Numbered from the stretch's first letter, positions 37,531-52,153 are shown. The stretch is DNA of 64,000 nucleotides from Octopus sinensis (GCF_006345805.1 NC_042999.1:13268001-13332000); one strand, 5' to 3'. Translations and numbers: made by a program. The notes: a model not told the origin generated them from the letters alone.

Positions 37531-37792
37531 AATTGAGGTAGGGGTTGTGAGTGCAACTCACCATAGGATGAAACAGCTGTAAGATATAGTTTATATTTAT
37601 ATTATATTTATTTATATTTATTTATACATATTGTACTTATTGTATCATATTACTCATTGATGTGCACTGTTTTGTTCTGTTCTATTATGTTTGACCTTGA
37701 CGTTCATATGTAGTTGGTTAATAAATTATGTGAATGGGTATTATCTGGTAGTTGATTGTTGATTAAGGTGTATTTCTCCATTTTCTTATTTT

Positions 37793-37826
<34 letters not shown>

Positions 37827-38206
37827 TTAAGTAGGTGAATGAATTATCCTAGTAAACACCCCCGCATCCACATACATACAGCATGCATACTGTCCCCTTC
37901 TTATTTTCATAACTTCCTGTTTCCAACCAATTTTGACGCCATTGCTTATAACGGATTTTTAAAAAAACACTCATTATCACTGTGAACACCATGTAGGAAG
38001 CCATAAAAAAGTTTTTGTCCGTCTTGAGGGTGTTAGAGGTTCCTTGTCTTTCTTGACGAGAAGACGGTATAATGCACCCTTTATTCCTTCGGAATTAAGA
38101 ATATGCAGTCTACGAAACATGTGTTGAAAGTAAAAGTATTTTGTTAAAATTTTCGTTCGACTCCATTCTTTCATTTATTCTTTAAAAAAAAAAAAATATA
38201 CATATA

Positions 38207-38243
<37 letters not shown>

Positions 38244-39241
38244 TACATATACATATATATATTCCGTCCTGTACGTAACTTTTTGTTAGTTTTTATCGCG
38301 TAGTTCAGTGGTAGAACTAATGAAAAGAACCGTAAGTGTAATTCTTTTTACACACAGAACTTAACAAGGCATTTAGTTAGTGATATTATAAAAATAGCAA
38401 CGTTTTCCTATTCTTAATAATATATTTTACTGACTATATTTTACATGCAGCGGCAATACACATAAGTTTGTAATGACAACAAGATTTCTTTTTAAGATAT
38501 ATACATTATTTATTTTACATATTTTACAATCATGTTTGATGTTGGAAGTTTGTAAGTGTTCGCATGTTTTTGTGTCTGTGTGTTCGTTAGGCGTAAAAAG
38601 GTACTGACCAGTGAATTGTCGATGGGATTTGATCACAGTTAATGTTGTTGGTATCGGCTTGGCAACAGGTAATAACAGATGGCTTAAGGTAGTTCTTAGA
38701 AGAAACTAGAACCCAAGAACAGACAATTGATTTACCGTTTATGAGGTACACTGTAAGAGTCCCATATCAAGATATTGCATGTCGCAGTTGAGATTATTGA
38801 ATCACTCGTTGTGTTATCTTTCTCTTGATATGAATATACTTCCAGACATGTTTCTGTAGCCGTTTTCTTCGTGGCGAGAATTTCACCTAACCGCTATAGT
38901 TGAATCTGTAGTTGTCTCGTGTACAATTTAAATCTTCGATGTTTGTCGATTGGTTCTTGCTGCTTCTTCATTATATGTCCTGCTTGGTTATTTTTCTCTA
39001 GTTATAGATATCTTGTAACCGTTTTCTTCATGGTGATTTTTCACACTAACAGTATGAGAGGTATCTGTAACATCTTGTATTAATGGTGGTCGCCTGCCTC
39101 GAAACTGGAACTTGGTCGAGTATTCTGTGTGGTCAGAGACTTAGCTCTTAAAAGAACTAAAAGCCTAAGACGAGCTGTGTGGTCAGAGGTTAGCTCTGAG
39201 AAGAACTAGAAACCTAAGACGAATATTTTTCTGAGAAACCT

Positions 39242-39300
39242 TATTTATAAGCTTCACCAGGCTCCCAGTGAACTTCAGAATGGAAAGCTGTGATTGGCTG
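39242..39300 (-). promoter_or_regulatory. candidate CCAAT + TATA core promoter
   Basis: Minus strand cagCCAATcacag (39297-39293) about 44 bp upstream of TATAAATA (39249-39242); a second CCAAT in the opposite orientation near 39385. Confidence 0.35.
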
Positions 39301-39730
39301 TTGGACTATGGCGCGAAAATAAGTCGAGACATTTTGCGCCAAGTTATAACCAGCGGTGCGAGCGTAGTAGAGACCAACGTGTCAGCCAATCGAATTAGTG
39401 TTTGCATCAATGTTGAACCAGCCAAAGCTGTTTGTAATCTCGACCGAGGTCATTCTATATACTCTTCTCAAACAGTGAAGATAGCACTGAGAGACGATAT
39501 TGCTACAATATCATTCGCATTTGTACCAAAGTCACTAAATAGTTGGCAGTCAACGTCCGAAAAACCTCTTTCTGCTTTCCTTGGCATAAATACCCTTTTA
39601 CTCGTTTCAGCCATGAAGCAGCGGTCATGCTGGGGCACCACGGTGGGAAATATATCTTCCACAGTCTCCGTTTAAGCGAACCCAGTTTATGCTAAAAGAT
39701 ACTTTTCCAAGGTGCCGGGAAGAAAAAATC

Positions 39731-40172
39731 GGATCTTTTCGGTTTAAACGTCAGTTTTTCTAGCGGTATCATATGAAATTGTCACCCATAATTATGACCC
39801 TAGTATCGATCTATTGCATTTCAATCTGTTTTAGGGTTAGGGTTAGGGTTAGTGTTAATTAGGGTTAGGGTTAGGCATGGGGGAAGGGTATCTTTTTTCT
39901 TCAGAAATGTAAATAAACCCAATCTGTTTCTTAAACGAGGGACATTTTCATACGGCACAGAATGTTTTCACCTCAATAGACGTCATTGATTGGTTGAAAT
40001 TGCAGAAATTGAAGAAAAAAAAACAACAAATATCTTACAAACTAAACAATTTTCTCAATAAAGCCAAGAGAAAAATATGTTTTATAAACACATTCTACCA
40101 GTATACAAAGTTTTAAAATTTTTAGTTACGTAGAAATTATGTTAAAAACTGCCGTTCAAACCGAAAAGAGCC
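39731..40172 (+). mobile_element. non-autonomous TIR element (Merlin-like) with internal TTAGGG repeats
   Basis: About 29-bp TIRs GG(A/C)TCTTTTCGGTTT(A/G)AACG(T/G)CAGTTTTT; 8-bp flanks aaaaaatc / gaaaaatc; TTAGGG run 39831-39875. Confidence 0.75.
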
Positions 40173-40527
40173 GAAAAATCGAACACGAAACGAAATGGTT
40201 GCAAAATAACCATCCCAATCACATAGTAACGTTTGGACAGAACAATATTAACGAAATACTTGAAACCAGCTTACTCTAAATAAGCTGAAAGAAAACGGAG
40301 TGGAAAGGCGCAAAAGATTAATGGATCGTCCCGTCTTTATTTTTTATTGCGCTCTTTGCTTGCACTTTCCAGTGCAAAGCTAGTTGTTAAAACAGGAAAC
40401 CATTCATCATGTCATATGTATATGTATATATATTTATATATAGATGTGAGCGTGTGTTTGTATACATACATGCATACATACATATATATATACATATGTG
40501 CGTGTATTTGTATACATACATACATAC

Positions 40528-40582
<55 letters not shown>

Positions 40583-40651
40583 AAGACGTGTGCGTGTTTG
40601 TATACATACATACATTATATATATATATATATATATATAGGTGTGTGCGCG

Positions 40652-40685
<34 letters not shown>

Positions 40686-40697
40686 ATATATATATAT

Positions 40698-40742
<45 letters not shown>

Positions 40743-41449
40743 TTTTAAGTATATGTATAAAGATATGTGTATGTGTCTGTTTATGTGTATATCTATAGAT
40801 TATATGAAAATATATGTTAATATATTTATATACTTGTATATAAAAATGTGTGTATATAAAAGTACGCACACACATATATATGCATGCATGTATGTATGTA
40901 TGTATGTATGTATGTATGTATGTATGTATGTATGTATGTATGTATGTTTGTATGTATGTATGTGTGTATGTATGTATGTGTGTGTGTATGTATGTATGTA
41001 TGTATGTATGTATGTACGTACGTAAAGGTCAAGGTTTTTCAGCAAGTTTAAAGGAAGTAAAAATATGAGATATTTTGACGGCAAACATGAAAACCTATTT
41101 ATTTCTTGTTCGCAGTAAACTTTCAAATAACGACGGAAACGTAATGTTCTCTTTAATCTTGTGACGTTATTAAAATGCTTCAAAGAAAACTCGTGTATAA
41201 TTTTGTCAGCACGTTTTGCTTTTATCTCGCTGACACAACACACAATTTATATGATACACATACCCACTGACATGCTCACACACTCACACAGGCCAGACAA
41301 ACACATAGACACACATAGGCACATACACACACGTATGTGTACATGCACGTCATACATATATAAATATTACATAATATAAATATATATATATATACATGAA
41401 CATTATATTATTTTATGCACTCATATATATATATATATACACACATACA

Positions 41450-41486
<37 letters not shown>

Positions 41487-42283
41487 AGAAAAAAGCAACA
41501 AGAATGGATTAGTTGTTCAGTACAATTGTTTCATACGAAGAACAGCTTTATTAAAAGCTGCAAATATTGCAGCAAATACAAGTGTCCCGTATTCATCAGC
41601 CAAAACACATATGAGTTTTCCAAACATCCTAAGGGGTGAGGCTACACTCATGAAGTATCGAAGAGAGTTCTATAAAAAGCAAATTTAGATTGTAAGCAGA
41701 CTTCCAAAGTTCTCTAATGATGCACAGTTTTATAATAGGTTTTAAAAAAGCTTGTTAGCTTCACAGAAATGGTAAATCCATCCATAATAATGCAGGTGTA
41801 ATTTCCGGAGATATGAGGAGATATTTCATACTCAGAGACGATGAATTTATCCATAATAAAGTGGGTATAATTTCCTGATACATGAGAAGATGCTGATCAC
41901 ATTTCTGTTCATTTCACAAAACTGCTATGTTGGAATTATATTGTCTAAAAGTAGTTAGTGGAGCAGAAAAACCGCCCAAATAGGGCATTATGGGACAACT
42001 GAGAGGAAAGGGGTTTATAATCACCCCACATTATTTTATGGTTAATACCATATAGATTTCTGGTGCATCTAAGTTAAGTACCGCATTCATGTGAATTCAT
42101 TGGAACTCACTTGAATCTTAATTGCTTTTATATATATATATATACACTATATATATATGTGTGTGTGTGTGTAGTGTATATATACATATCTAGTGTATAC
42201 ATACATATATATATAATGTAAATAATATACATATGCATATATACATATATGTACATATATATATATTATATATATATATATAA

Positions 42284-42505
42284 AATATTATTTGAGACAA
42301 AACCACTATTTTGCAAAACAAACAAGGAAAGACTTAATCAATTTATTAAATTTTATGTATTGATTAGTCTTTCCTTGTTTGTTTTGCAAAATAGTGGTTT
42401 TGTCTCAAATAATATTTATAATATTTTACTATAAAATTGGATTTAATCGTAAATCTGATTTTTTTTCCCTGTAAATTGGATATATTCCCTAATATTTATT
42501 ATTAT
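42284..42505. mobile_element. Penelope-type terminal repeat with inverted duplication (58-bp arms, 16-nt loop)
   Basis: Arms 42284-42342 / 42359-42416; same family as 5765-6070. Confidence 0.7.
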
Positions 42506-42514
42506 ATATATATA

Positions 42515-42573
<59 letters not shown>

Positions 42574-42654
42574 CATACATATACATACATATACATATGT
42601 GGTCACAGGACGTTACAGAACGTAAACAACATAAAATATGAAATACGAACACAT

Positions 42655-43255
42655 GGAATATGAACTGGTTTTAGGATAATGTCAATGAGGTTGCTCAGAC
42701 GATGTGCAGAACAGGCTGGACCAGCTATAATGGGTTTTAGTTTAAGGTGCTTTGGTTGTAATAGTTTTATGTATTCATTACCTTGTTTCCTTTATAGCGT
42801 TTTGCATTTCTTTTGACTTCTGTATTTTAAGTAAGTCACAAAAGCTGCTGGATTTCGACTCAAAATTGGCAATATAGTCCCTTTCATTAGGATTGAGGGA
42901 GTTATAATGTTTGAAGACTAAATAAATTGAGTTTCTTCATGATGGATGCAGTGATCAAAATTTGAGGGTATTTCACGGTAGAACATTGTATCCTTCAACT
43001 GATCTTCAGCTAGATCCCAATAATATTCGTATCCATTGTGACAATGGCACCCTCTTTATCCGCTTGTTTGATGACAATTGTGTTGTCATTTTTAAGACGT
43101 ATAAAGGCAGACATTTCTAGTTTTGAAATGTTTGGTCTGAAGTTGATGTTATGCCTCAGTGGAAATCTGGAGAGGATATCAATGATCTGATCTGGATGTG
43201 TATTTCGTCGTTTAGGCGGGTTAAATTTTGATTTTTTTTTTTTCGACAAGGATTC
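42655..43255 (-). mobile_element. Penelope-like element RT N-terminal remnant
   Basis: NISKLEMSAFIRLKNDNTIVIKQADKEGAIVTMD (K.ADKG motif) and LKPIIAGPACSAHRLSNLIDIILKP (RPI+...L+..L..+L.P motif). Confidence 0.88.
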
Positions 43256-43258
43256 GTC

Positions 43259-43600
43259 ATCTCTCTATATATAAACGGCAAAATGTCTGTGTGTGTGTCC
43301 TTTATACAAATCCACAATTTTTCAGTTAGAGGGCTCGCACTTTCTATGGTCATTTAAAACCGTCCAAGGGTGGGCGTGCACATCTTTACATTTCCCCAGT
43401 CACCCCGCAAAGCCATTAAAAAAATCAATAGAAGTGATTTTTTTGTGAATTTTCTATCCAAAACCCAATCAAAATGCCCGAAACTTGATACGCCAATTGA
43501 ATGCCAGGTAGCTGTATGAGATTGGTCGGAGATTTGGATAGTACTCGGGTGTATGTGCACACGCACACGGCTGTATATGCATGCACTAATTCTCATTATT
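43259..43600 (+). mobile_element. non-autonomous Helitron/HINE-like 5' part
   Basis: Starts tctatatataaacggcaaaatgtctgtgtgtgtgtcc, like the TCTATATATAAA + short (TCTG/TG)n starts of Helitron-derived repeats. Confidence 0.45.
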
Positions 43601-45327
43601 TTTATCAGTTAAAAACTCTAAAAGTCGTAGTTTATAGGTATACACACACATACGCACAGGCATGCATATAATATATAGGAAATGTATGTCCGTGTTAAGA
43701 CAACCATCTTTATTGTTTCAACCAGCAAAAAAATAAATAAATAAATAAATAAAAGTAAAGATAAAAGAAAGAAAACGAAAGAAAACTATGGCAGCTTTGT
43801 TAATAGCAAAACACAAGACTAAAACCAACTGCTTGATAAAGTAGGATTTACATAACTTTGTGGTTACTGTTAAACTATTTTAGATTTGGCGATGGAGATA
43901 GTATCATTTATAACATCTCTGTGATCGTGTATGTCATGCTGTATTTGATAAATATGCACCTATTTTGGGCTGGAAGATTTATCATATGTCTAACAAATAA
44001 CATGGCTCTCTCAGTAAGATAGATTGAAGTTCCACTGGTCACTACTAACTTACAGGGTGGGTTTATTTCGTTTGATCAACACACACACACACACACACTC
44101 CTACAATATAATATATATTATGCCAAATATGTGTTCGGACTACATTTCCCAACCACATGGTTCCGGGTTCCGTCCCACTGCGTGGCGCGTTGGGCAAGTG
44201 TCTTCTACTTGCTTCGGGTCGACCAAAGCCTTGTGAGTGGATATATATATATATATATATATAACCTAGCAAGAAACTCTGAGTAGCGACAAAGTAAATG
44301 ATCAGCTTCGAAAGAATAAACTCTACCACTAGTATTGAGTACTTTCTCTCTCTCTCTCTTTCTCTTGCATGTACATCCACACATGTACGTTCGTATATAT
44401 GTATGTATGCAGGTATGTATGTATGTATGTATGTATGTATGTATGTATGTATGTATGTATGTATGTATGTATGTATGTATGTATGTATGTATGTATGTAT
44501 CTCTGTGCATATGTGCGTGCCTCTGTGTCCATGTATGTTTATATGTATGCATGTATGTTTGCATGTATGTTTGTGTGCATGTATGTACGCACGTACGTTC
44601 GTACGTACGTATGTATACACAAACGTAGATACGTGCGCATGTATATACACATATGCATACACCTGGATTTATGTAAACAACCAGACGCGTGATCACGACT
44701 GTGTGCATATGTGCGCGTGCATATGTGTTAGTATGTATGCGAGATAAAGAGAGGCAGAGAGAGAATAACAAGAGAGAGAGAGAGAGTGAGAGTGAGAGTG
44801 AGAGAAACCGGCTATGATGATCGAACGAAGCAACCACTCCAGGTTGTTTGTGACATATTTATTATTGAACTAATCAGTCACAGGTAATTGAATCTAGTGG
44901 AATGATAAATGACAAAGTGGTTCTCCGACCAAATTACTGACGCCTGTTTCTTATAATCACACTCTCCAGTTCCAGTAGCGAATTTTTCTTTTGTAATAGG
45001 ACGTACATGATTGAGTGCTGTAGGCTAACTGACTCGTTATTTTTGGTGGTGGTAGAGAAACCAAGATGTCGCAGTATATGAGCTTCTTAGCTGTAAAAAA
45101 AAAGTAAATTGTTGGCAGAGTCGTTAGCGATGCTGGACGAAAATGCTTAGCAGTAATTTCTGGTTCTTTGCATTCTGAGTTCAAATACTGCCGAAGTCAA
45201 CTTCGTTTTTCATCCTAGCAGGGTCGATTAAAATCTAATACGAATCAAGTACCGGGGTTTATGTAATCGACATACCAGCTCCTTAATACTGTTGCCAAAA
45301 TTTGAAAACCTTATTATTATTATTATT

Positions 45328-45859
45328 GAGTGAGAGAGCAGTGCATGCCATCAAAGTGACACTGGGGTAAAATATACGAAGCCCAGTATACCCATCATGA
45401 CAACCCGCCTGATAAGGGTACACTAGGCACATGCATCACAACCATATGTGCGCAACATGGTGATCTCATATCAAGATAAACAGCACATGACCTTGCAGGT
45501 GGAGCCCAGTTAGAATTTTCTTCAGATCGAGTAACCCATCCCGCTCAAAAGGTCCCAGAATAAGGGTTGTTTAAGGACGTTGAACGAAACACCCATGTTT
45601 CCAGGGGTGAATTATTCAAACCCCAAAGAATCCTTCTCAACACATGGCTATGATGCTCCCCCACTACTTCTGCTCGTGATCAGAGATGCACATATCGTCA
45701 GCCACTAAGGGACATGCTCAACTGGTTAAGGTCAAACAACTGACAAGCAAATCTGTGGTATTGAGCAGAATATTTGCTGTAGCCCATCTTTTATACCAAG
45801 ACAAAACAATGTACATGATAACACTTCCAATCAGTTAAGATCAGAAGCCATGAGAGCCA

Positions 45860-45911
<52 letters not shown>

Positions 45912-46295
45912 GAGTGAGAGAGCAGTGCATGCCATCAAAGTGACACTGGGGTAAAATATACGAAGCCCAGTATACCCATCATGACTACACGTCTGATAAG
46001 GGTAGACCAGGCACATGCATCACAACCAAATGTGCAAGACATGGTGATCTCATATCAAGATAAACGGCGCATGACCTTGCAGGAGAGCCCAGTTAGAATG
46101 TTCTTCTGGTTGAGTAGCCCAACCCGCTCAAAAGGTGCTTGAATAAGGGTTGTTTAAGGATGGTGAACAAAGCACCTGTGTTTCCAAAGGTGAATTACCC
46201 AAACTCAAAGAATTCCTTTCAACACATGGCTATGATGATTCCCCACTACTTCTGCTTGTGCTCGGAGATGCACATATCGTCAGCCACTAAGGGAC
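45328..46295 (-). mobile_element. two tandem copies (45328-45859, 45912-46295) of an about 540-bp (AAT)n-embedded repeat
   Basis: Both begin gagtgagagagcagtgcatgccatc right after (ATT)n; reverse-complement copy at 54721-55284. Confidence 0.88.
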
Positions 46296-47599
46296 GAGTG
46301 GGGCTGGTGAAATCAGGAACTTGCGATCGTGAGTTCAACATCCTTAGAACTAGTTACAACCACTAGTTCTTCACCGTCTTTTGGACACTCAAACAATGGT
46401 CGCTGAGCATCTTTGAAAGTGTTTTGTTATTTTAAAATAATGATTCTTTTCTTAGTCTTTTCCTCTTCTTCTCTAACAGAATTCATGCGTTTTCTCACTC
46501 TCTCACTTGTTTATTTAACACCTTTCGAATGTGTTAAAGCCTTTCACACTCGTACATTGTGCGCGTCTTTCACACCCATCACATTCGTCTTGTCTCTCCA
46601 TATGCTTCCCATTCACACCTATTCTTACCCCATCACATCTTTACTTCATACGCACTAATCGATTACGCACAAACACACACGAACAAACACTCACTCACAT
46701 GCCTCCACTAGCGGTCTCTATACTTCGGCACTTGTACACGTCTACACATACAGTCGCAAGCGTGGCTGTGCTGTATGAAATTTTCTTCTCAATCACATGG
46801 TTCTACATTCAGTCCCACTGCGTGGAATCTTGATCGAGTATCTTCTTTTATAACCTGGAACCGACCAAAAGTTATTGAGTGCATTTGGTAGACGGAAACT
46901 AAAAGAATCCTGTTATATATATATATATGAAAGAAGTTTTGAAAATGCAATTTTAAAGAAATTTATTCACTTGACCGGTTTCACTTTTTTAGAAAAAGAT
47001 TGTCAAAAGTAAAATGTTGTGTTAAGTACTGGTTGTCACAAAAGTATTAAAATACATATATACATTCTTTGATAATGATAAGAAAATGCTAAAAACAGTT
47101 TACAAGAAAGTATTTAAGAAAGTATTCAACAAAAAGTATTAGGAGTTCAATAAAAATCATGTTTGTTTGGTAGTATATATATACACAGAAGGAGATATAT
47201 TTAAGAATTTACAAAGAATTTGAGATGAACCAACCTGATATCCTTGCATTTTTTTTATTTTGTGCGTAGCTAAGGATTGTTTGCTATTTTAAGGGACATT
47301 GTGGAAGGTTGGTTGGGTGGGGGAAGGAAGAGCAATGTGGAATTAAAAGGATTTTTTTTGGTCTCTTGGTTAGTCTGTCATGGTTCAGTGGTTTTGGGGA
47401 CTGGTCTTGGAGGTCAGAATTGTGTGAGTGTGTGCCTGTGCACGTCCCTATGTGTGACTAGCAGTATTGGTGTATTTACGTCCTCGTAACTTAGCTGTTC
47501 GGCAAAAAAGACCAATATAATAAGTATCAAGCTTTAAAAAATATATGTCAGTTATATATATGTCAGCATAGCCGCAGTCTGATGTCTAAAACATAAACA

Positions 47600-47910
47600 T
47601 ACATGGCCCGCCATATGCTCGCCTTCGGACATAAATATAATCTTGTAGTTGCTTATACATACTCATTCCATAGTCCTTTCTGAACCCCCACTTTAGAACC
47701 GCTTTACAACCTGTTTCTGATCATATGTTCGTTTCGCTTTCTTATTACTAGCACTAACTATTCGCCCTTTTTATTCATTCTCAGGTTTCTCTGATGAACT
47801 ACTAACGTCCGAAACGTTTGCTTTATTTTTCCCTTAAAGCGTTTTGGTAATGTTCTACATGTTAAATCTTGTCCCTCCTGTGTTGCACATTTCATTGTTT
47901 ATTGCATTTA
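47600..47910 (+). mobile_element. Penelope-type terminal repeat remnant
   Basis: ctgatgaactactaacgtccgaaacgtt at 47791-47818 (CUGAUGA...GAAACGUU hammerhead core, weak stem II); ends at (TA)/(CATA)n. Confidence 0.5.
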
Positions 47911-48267
47911 CACAGTATATACATACATACATACATACATACATACATACATACATACATGCATGCATGCATACAAGCATACAAGCATATTTAAACATGT
48001 GTGTATGTATGTGTGTATATATATACCAAATTATACGTTTTATTTATTACTTTGCCCATTATTTAATCTTGTTATATGTTTTATCTTACATTTAATCTTT
48101 CTATAATAGGTAATTTTTCTAAATGGTATAATTTAATTTTTCATTATTGAATTGATAAGAAGTGTTTTTTTTTTCTAATTTATATATATATATATGTATG
48201 TAGGTATACATAAATATATGTGTATGTATATGTACGTATTTATTATATGTCATGTATAATACACATG

Positions 48268-48315
<48 letters not shown>

Positions 48316-48530
48316 GTGTGTGTGTTTGTATGCGTGTGGATAGGAATATATGCGTATATATGCATATATGTAAGTATACATTTATATATATATATGTAAG
48401 TATACATTATACATATATACATATATATATATATTATACATATATACATATGTATATATGTATTATGTGTATTATACATCACATATAATAAGTACGTTCG
48501 TATACATACACATATGTATATATTTATACC

Positions 48531-48561
<31 letters not shown>

Positions 48562-48689
48562 ATAACTATATACATATGTGTGTGTGTGTGTTTGTGTGTG
48601 TAAGTATGGCAGAAGAGACGGATCTACAGGGAAAGAAGATTAAATCAGTATTAAGATAATTAATAATGAAAACAATTATGTTTTATAGA

Positions 48690-48800
48690 ATTTTCCCTCT
48701 GTGGTGAAGAGAAAGAAACGTTAGAACATGGCGTAAATGTTATCAAAACAGCAAGGGAGACAACAACCATATCTGAAATATTAAAAGCGACGTTAATTTT
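48690..48800 (+). mobile_element. possible decayed L1/Tx1 C-terminal zinc-finger remnant
   Basis: FSLCGEEKETLEH resembles the C..CG...ET..H zf-RVT motif. Confidence 0.3.
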
Positions 48801-49089
48801 CTGAACACCGATGCTGCGAGTAAAAGTTATACGTTGGCGTGGATATTTAATCAGTGAGAAAGCTCTCCGTTTGCCAAAGATCAGATTAATTTTCATATTA
48901 CTCCTTGTGCAAATTACTTTTTTATTCCTCATCGCATAAGGTCCCTGCTTGATATGATGTTAGAATAGATACGCCGTCACTCACATCCCACGCCCACGTA
49001 TAAGCATATATGTATGTATATGTGAATATGCGCGCGCGTGTGTCTATATATAATATATATGTACGTAAATATATATATGTGTGTATATA

Positions 49090-49177
<88 letters not shown>

Positions 49178-49437
49178 CATATAATATATACATATACATA
49201 TATATACATACATACACACATATATACATACATACACACATATATACATACATACACACATATATACATATATATATATAATCAACTAATAAGGGTGAGA
49301 AAATTGGATACTAATTTAATAGTACATCCATTTAACACCAAGTCGTGCTAACTTTCATCGGAAACAATTCTTTGTGGCTGAAACCAAGCGGATCTATTTT
49401 TAGTGCTAGAGTCGACCACATAGTGGTTACTCTCTTA

Positions 49438-50020
<583 letters not shown>

Positions 50021-50348
50021 AATGAGAGAGATATGTGAATGTGTGCATGTACATAGATGTAAGTGGGAATACGCATGTAAAAGTGTATGTTTGTGTATAT
50101 ATATATATATATGCGTATGTATGTGTGTATATAAAAATATGTATGTAGTGATATATCAACAGGCAGAAAGACAGACAGACGGACAGACAAGCTGTAGAGA
50201 TACCGTTAGAGTATGTAAACCATTCACGTACTTTAGTATGTAATAATATCCACTGGGGCAATGACTTCCAGTCAGCGTGTACTTTTGCACATATCTATAT
50301 ATAAGTATAGATGTGTATTTGTATACATACAGACATGCATGCATCCAT

Positions 50349-50580
50349 ATCCAGATTGCAAGTTCAGGTTTATACCTGTAATTATTGGAGCCCTGGCATA
50401 CCAATATTGAAAAATTAGGCTTCTCAAAAGCAGAAAGGAGAAAGCTAATTTGAAGACTACAAATCCAATCCATCACTGGAACTGTAAAAACCTGTAAAAC
50501 TTTCCAGAAGTTTATCATTTAAATATATACGAGCATGTCTAGATATGCAACTATATGCATGAGAATACATACATAAAATA
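50349..50580 (+). mobile_element. RLE-type LINE 3' end, second family
   Basis: KFRFIPVIIGAL / EKLGFSKAERRKLI*RLQIQSITGTVKTCKTFQKFII*; preceded by CATA/CATG repeats. Confidence 0.75.
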
Positions 50581-50590
50581 TAAAAAATCT

Positions 50591-51010
50591 GCACAGGAGT
50601 GGCTGTGTGGTAAGTAGCTTTCTAACCAACCACATGGTTCCGGGTTCAGTCACACTGCGTGGCATCTTGGGCAAGTGTCTTCTGCTATAGCCCCGGGCCG
50701 ACCAATGCCTTGTGAGTAGATTTGGTAGACGGAAACTGAAAGAAGCCTGTCGTATATATGTATATATATATATGTATTATGTGTGTGTGTTTGTGTGTCT
50801 GTGTTTGTCTCCCTAGCATTGCTTGACAACCGATGCTGGTGTGTCTACGTCCCCGTCACTTAGCGGTTCGGCAAAAGAGAGACCGATAGAATAAGTACTA
50901 GGCTTACAAAGAATAAGTCCCGAGGTCGATTTGCCCGACTAAAGGCGGTGCTCTAGCATGGCCGCAGTCAAATGACTGAAACAAGTAAAAGAGTAAAAGA
51001 GTAAAAGAGA
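50591..51010 (+). mobile_element. SINE family A, full length
   Basis: Canonical head, microsatellite and triple gtaaaaga tail. Confidence 0.92.
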
Positions 51011-51189
51011 GTATACATACATACATACATACATACATACATACATACATACATACATACATACATGCATGCATACATACATACATACACGTACACATGC
51101 ATATCTGCATACGCTCGTAGACGTACACACACACGTGGGCGCGCTAATCTTGAATGATCAAGGTTTTTAAAAGCAAAAAAGAATTCTTT

Positions 51190-51490
51190 TCAGAAGACTG
51201 CAAAATCAAGTATAACAGTCAAAATGTATAAAACCTTCCAAAAGCTTAGCAAAGAAGTACATACGTACGTATCTAAGCATGCTACTTTATGCATGAGTAC
51301 GCTTTTTAAACATGCTGGTTCGAACATGTACTGACGTGAAGTAAGGACATATATAGGCGCATACACGCTCAGCTGTCCTCTTGATGTTGTTGAAATTCCA
51401 ACGGGGGCGGGGAGCTTTGGATCTCGGTCAGAGACCAGCTCTTTCTCTATTGGCAACAAATCTAGAAATAAAACTAAATAACACACACAC
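51190..51490 (+). mobile_element. RLE-type LINE last codons plus 3' UTR, second family
   Basis: RRLQ / TVKMYKTFQKL matches the end of the 50349 copy. Confidence 0.45.
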
Positions 51491-51939
51491 ATAAATACAC
51501 ACATACATAATCTTAATCTCGCCACCACTAGTAAATAATTCATTTGTCACACTGTTGGTATTTCGTTTTATCGAGTTATGTTTAATTTTTACTTATTTAT
51601 TTAGTCTTCAGTCTGTGTACTTTAGAAAGGTTTGGATAAAAGCCAAACGATCATATAAAGAAAACGTCTACACGGTCGCTAGACTTGCTGGAAATAGCAG
51701 CTACATATCCCCCCAAATCGCCACACACTGTCCTAGAAAATTACGCTTTGAACCAATTGGCTCTCGAATACAGCAAATCTAGGTTAAAATTTCTTTTGCT
51801 TAGAGATGAAAGGCTTTTGCTTATAAATGCACTCGATCGGAACTGATACTGTACTAAAAGCGTATTCATGTTTATCGCTGCTTACATCATGTGTCTCTCT
51901 GAATTAACTGTTGTGATTATGTGCCGGCTATATTCTTTC

Positions 51940-52153
51940 ACTTGCTTCAGTCATGTGACTGCGACCATGCTGGAGCACTGCGTTTAGTCGAAAAATCGAC
52001 CCCACGACTTATTAGTTGTAAGCCTAGTAGTACTTATTCTATCGTTTTTTTTTCTTTTTGCCGAACCGCTAAGTTACGGTGACGTAAACATACCAACATT
52101 GGTTGTCAAGCGAGTGTTGGGTGGTGGTGGTGGGCAAACACAGACATACAAAC

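Noticed and set aside
37977-38174. 65-aa minus-strand ORF
   Set aside because: Acceptor-like site present but no good donor and no recognisable family.
39268-39675. 135-aa ORF with WLLDYGAKI (ankyrin-like)
   Set aside because: No TPLH or other ankyrin consensus, the 3' part runs into a SINE tail, and it overlaps promoter-like motifs on the other strand; cannot be supported as coding.
39831-39875. Telomere or chromosome-fusion scar
   Set aside because: Short, degenerate, and internal to a TIR element that recurs at 59281.
46413-46658. Signal-peptide-like MRFLTLSLVYLTPFECVKA after a strong acceptor
   Set aside because: Continues into CT/CA-rich low-complexity sequence and stops; hydrophobicity is explained by T-richness.
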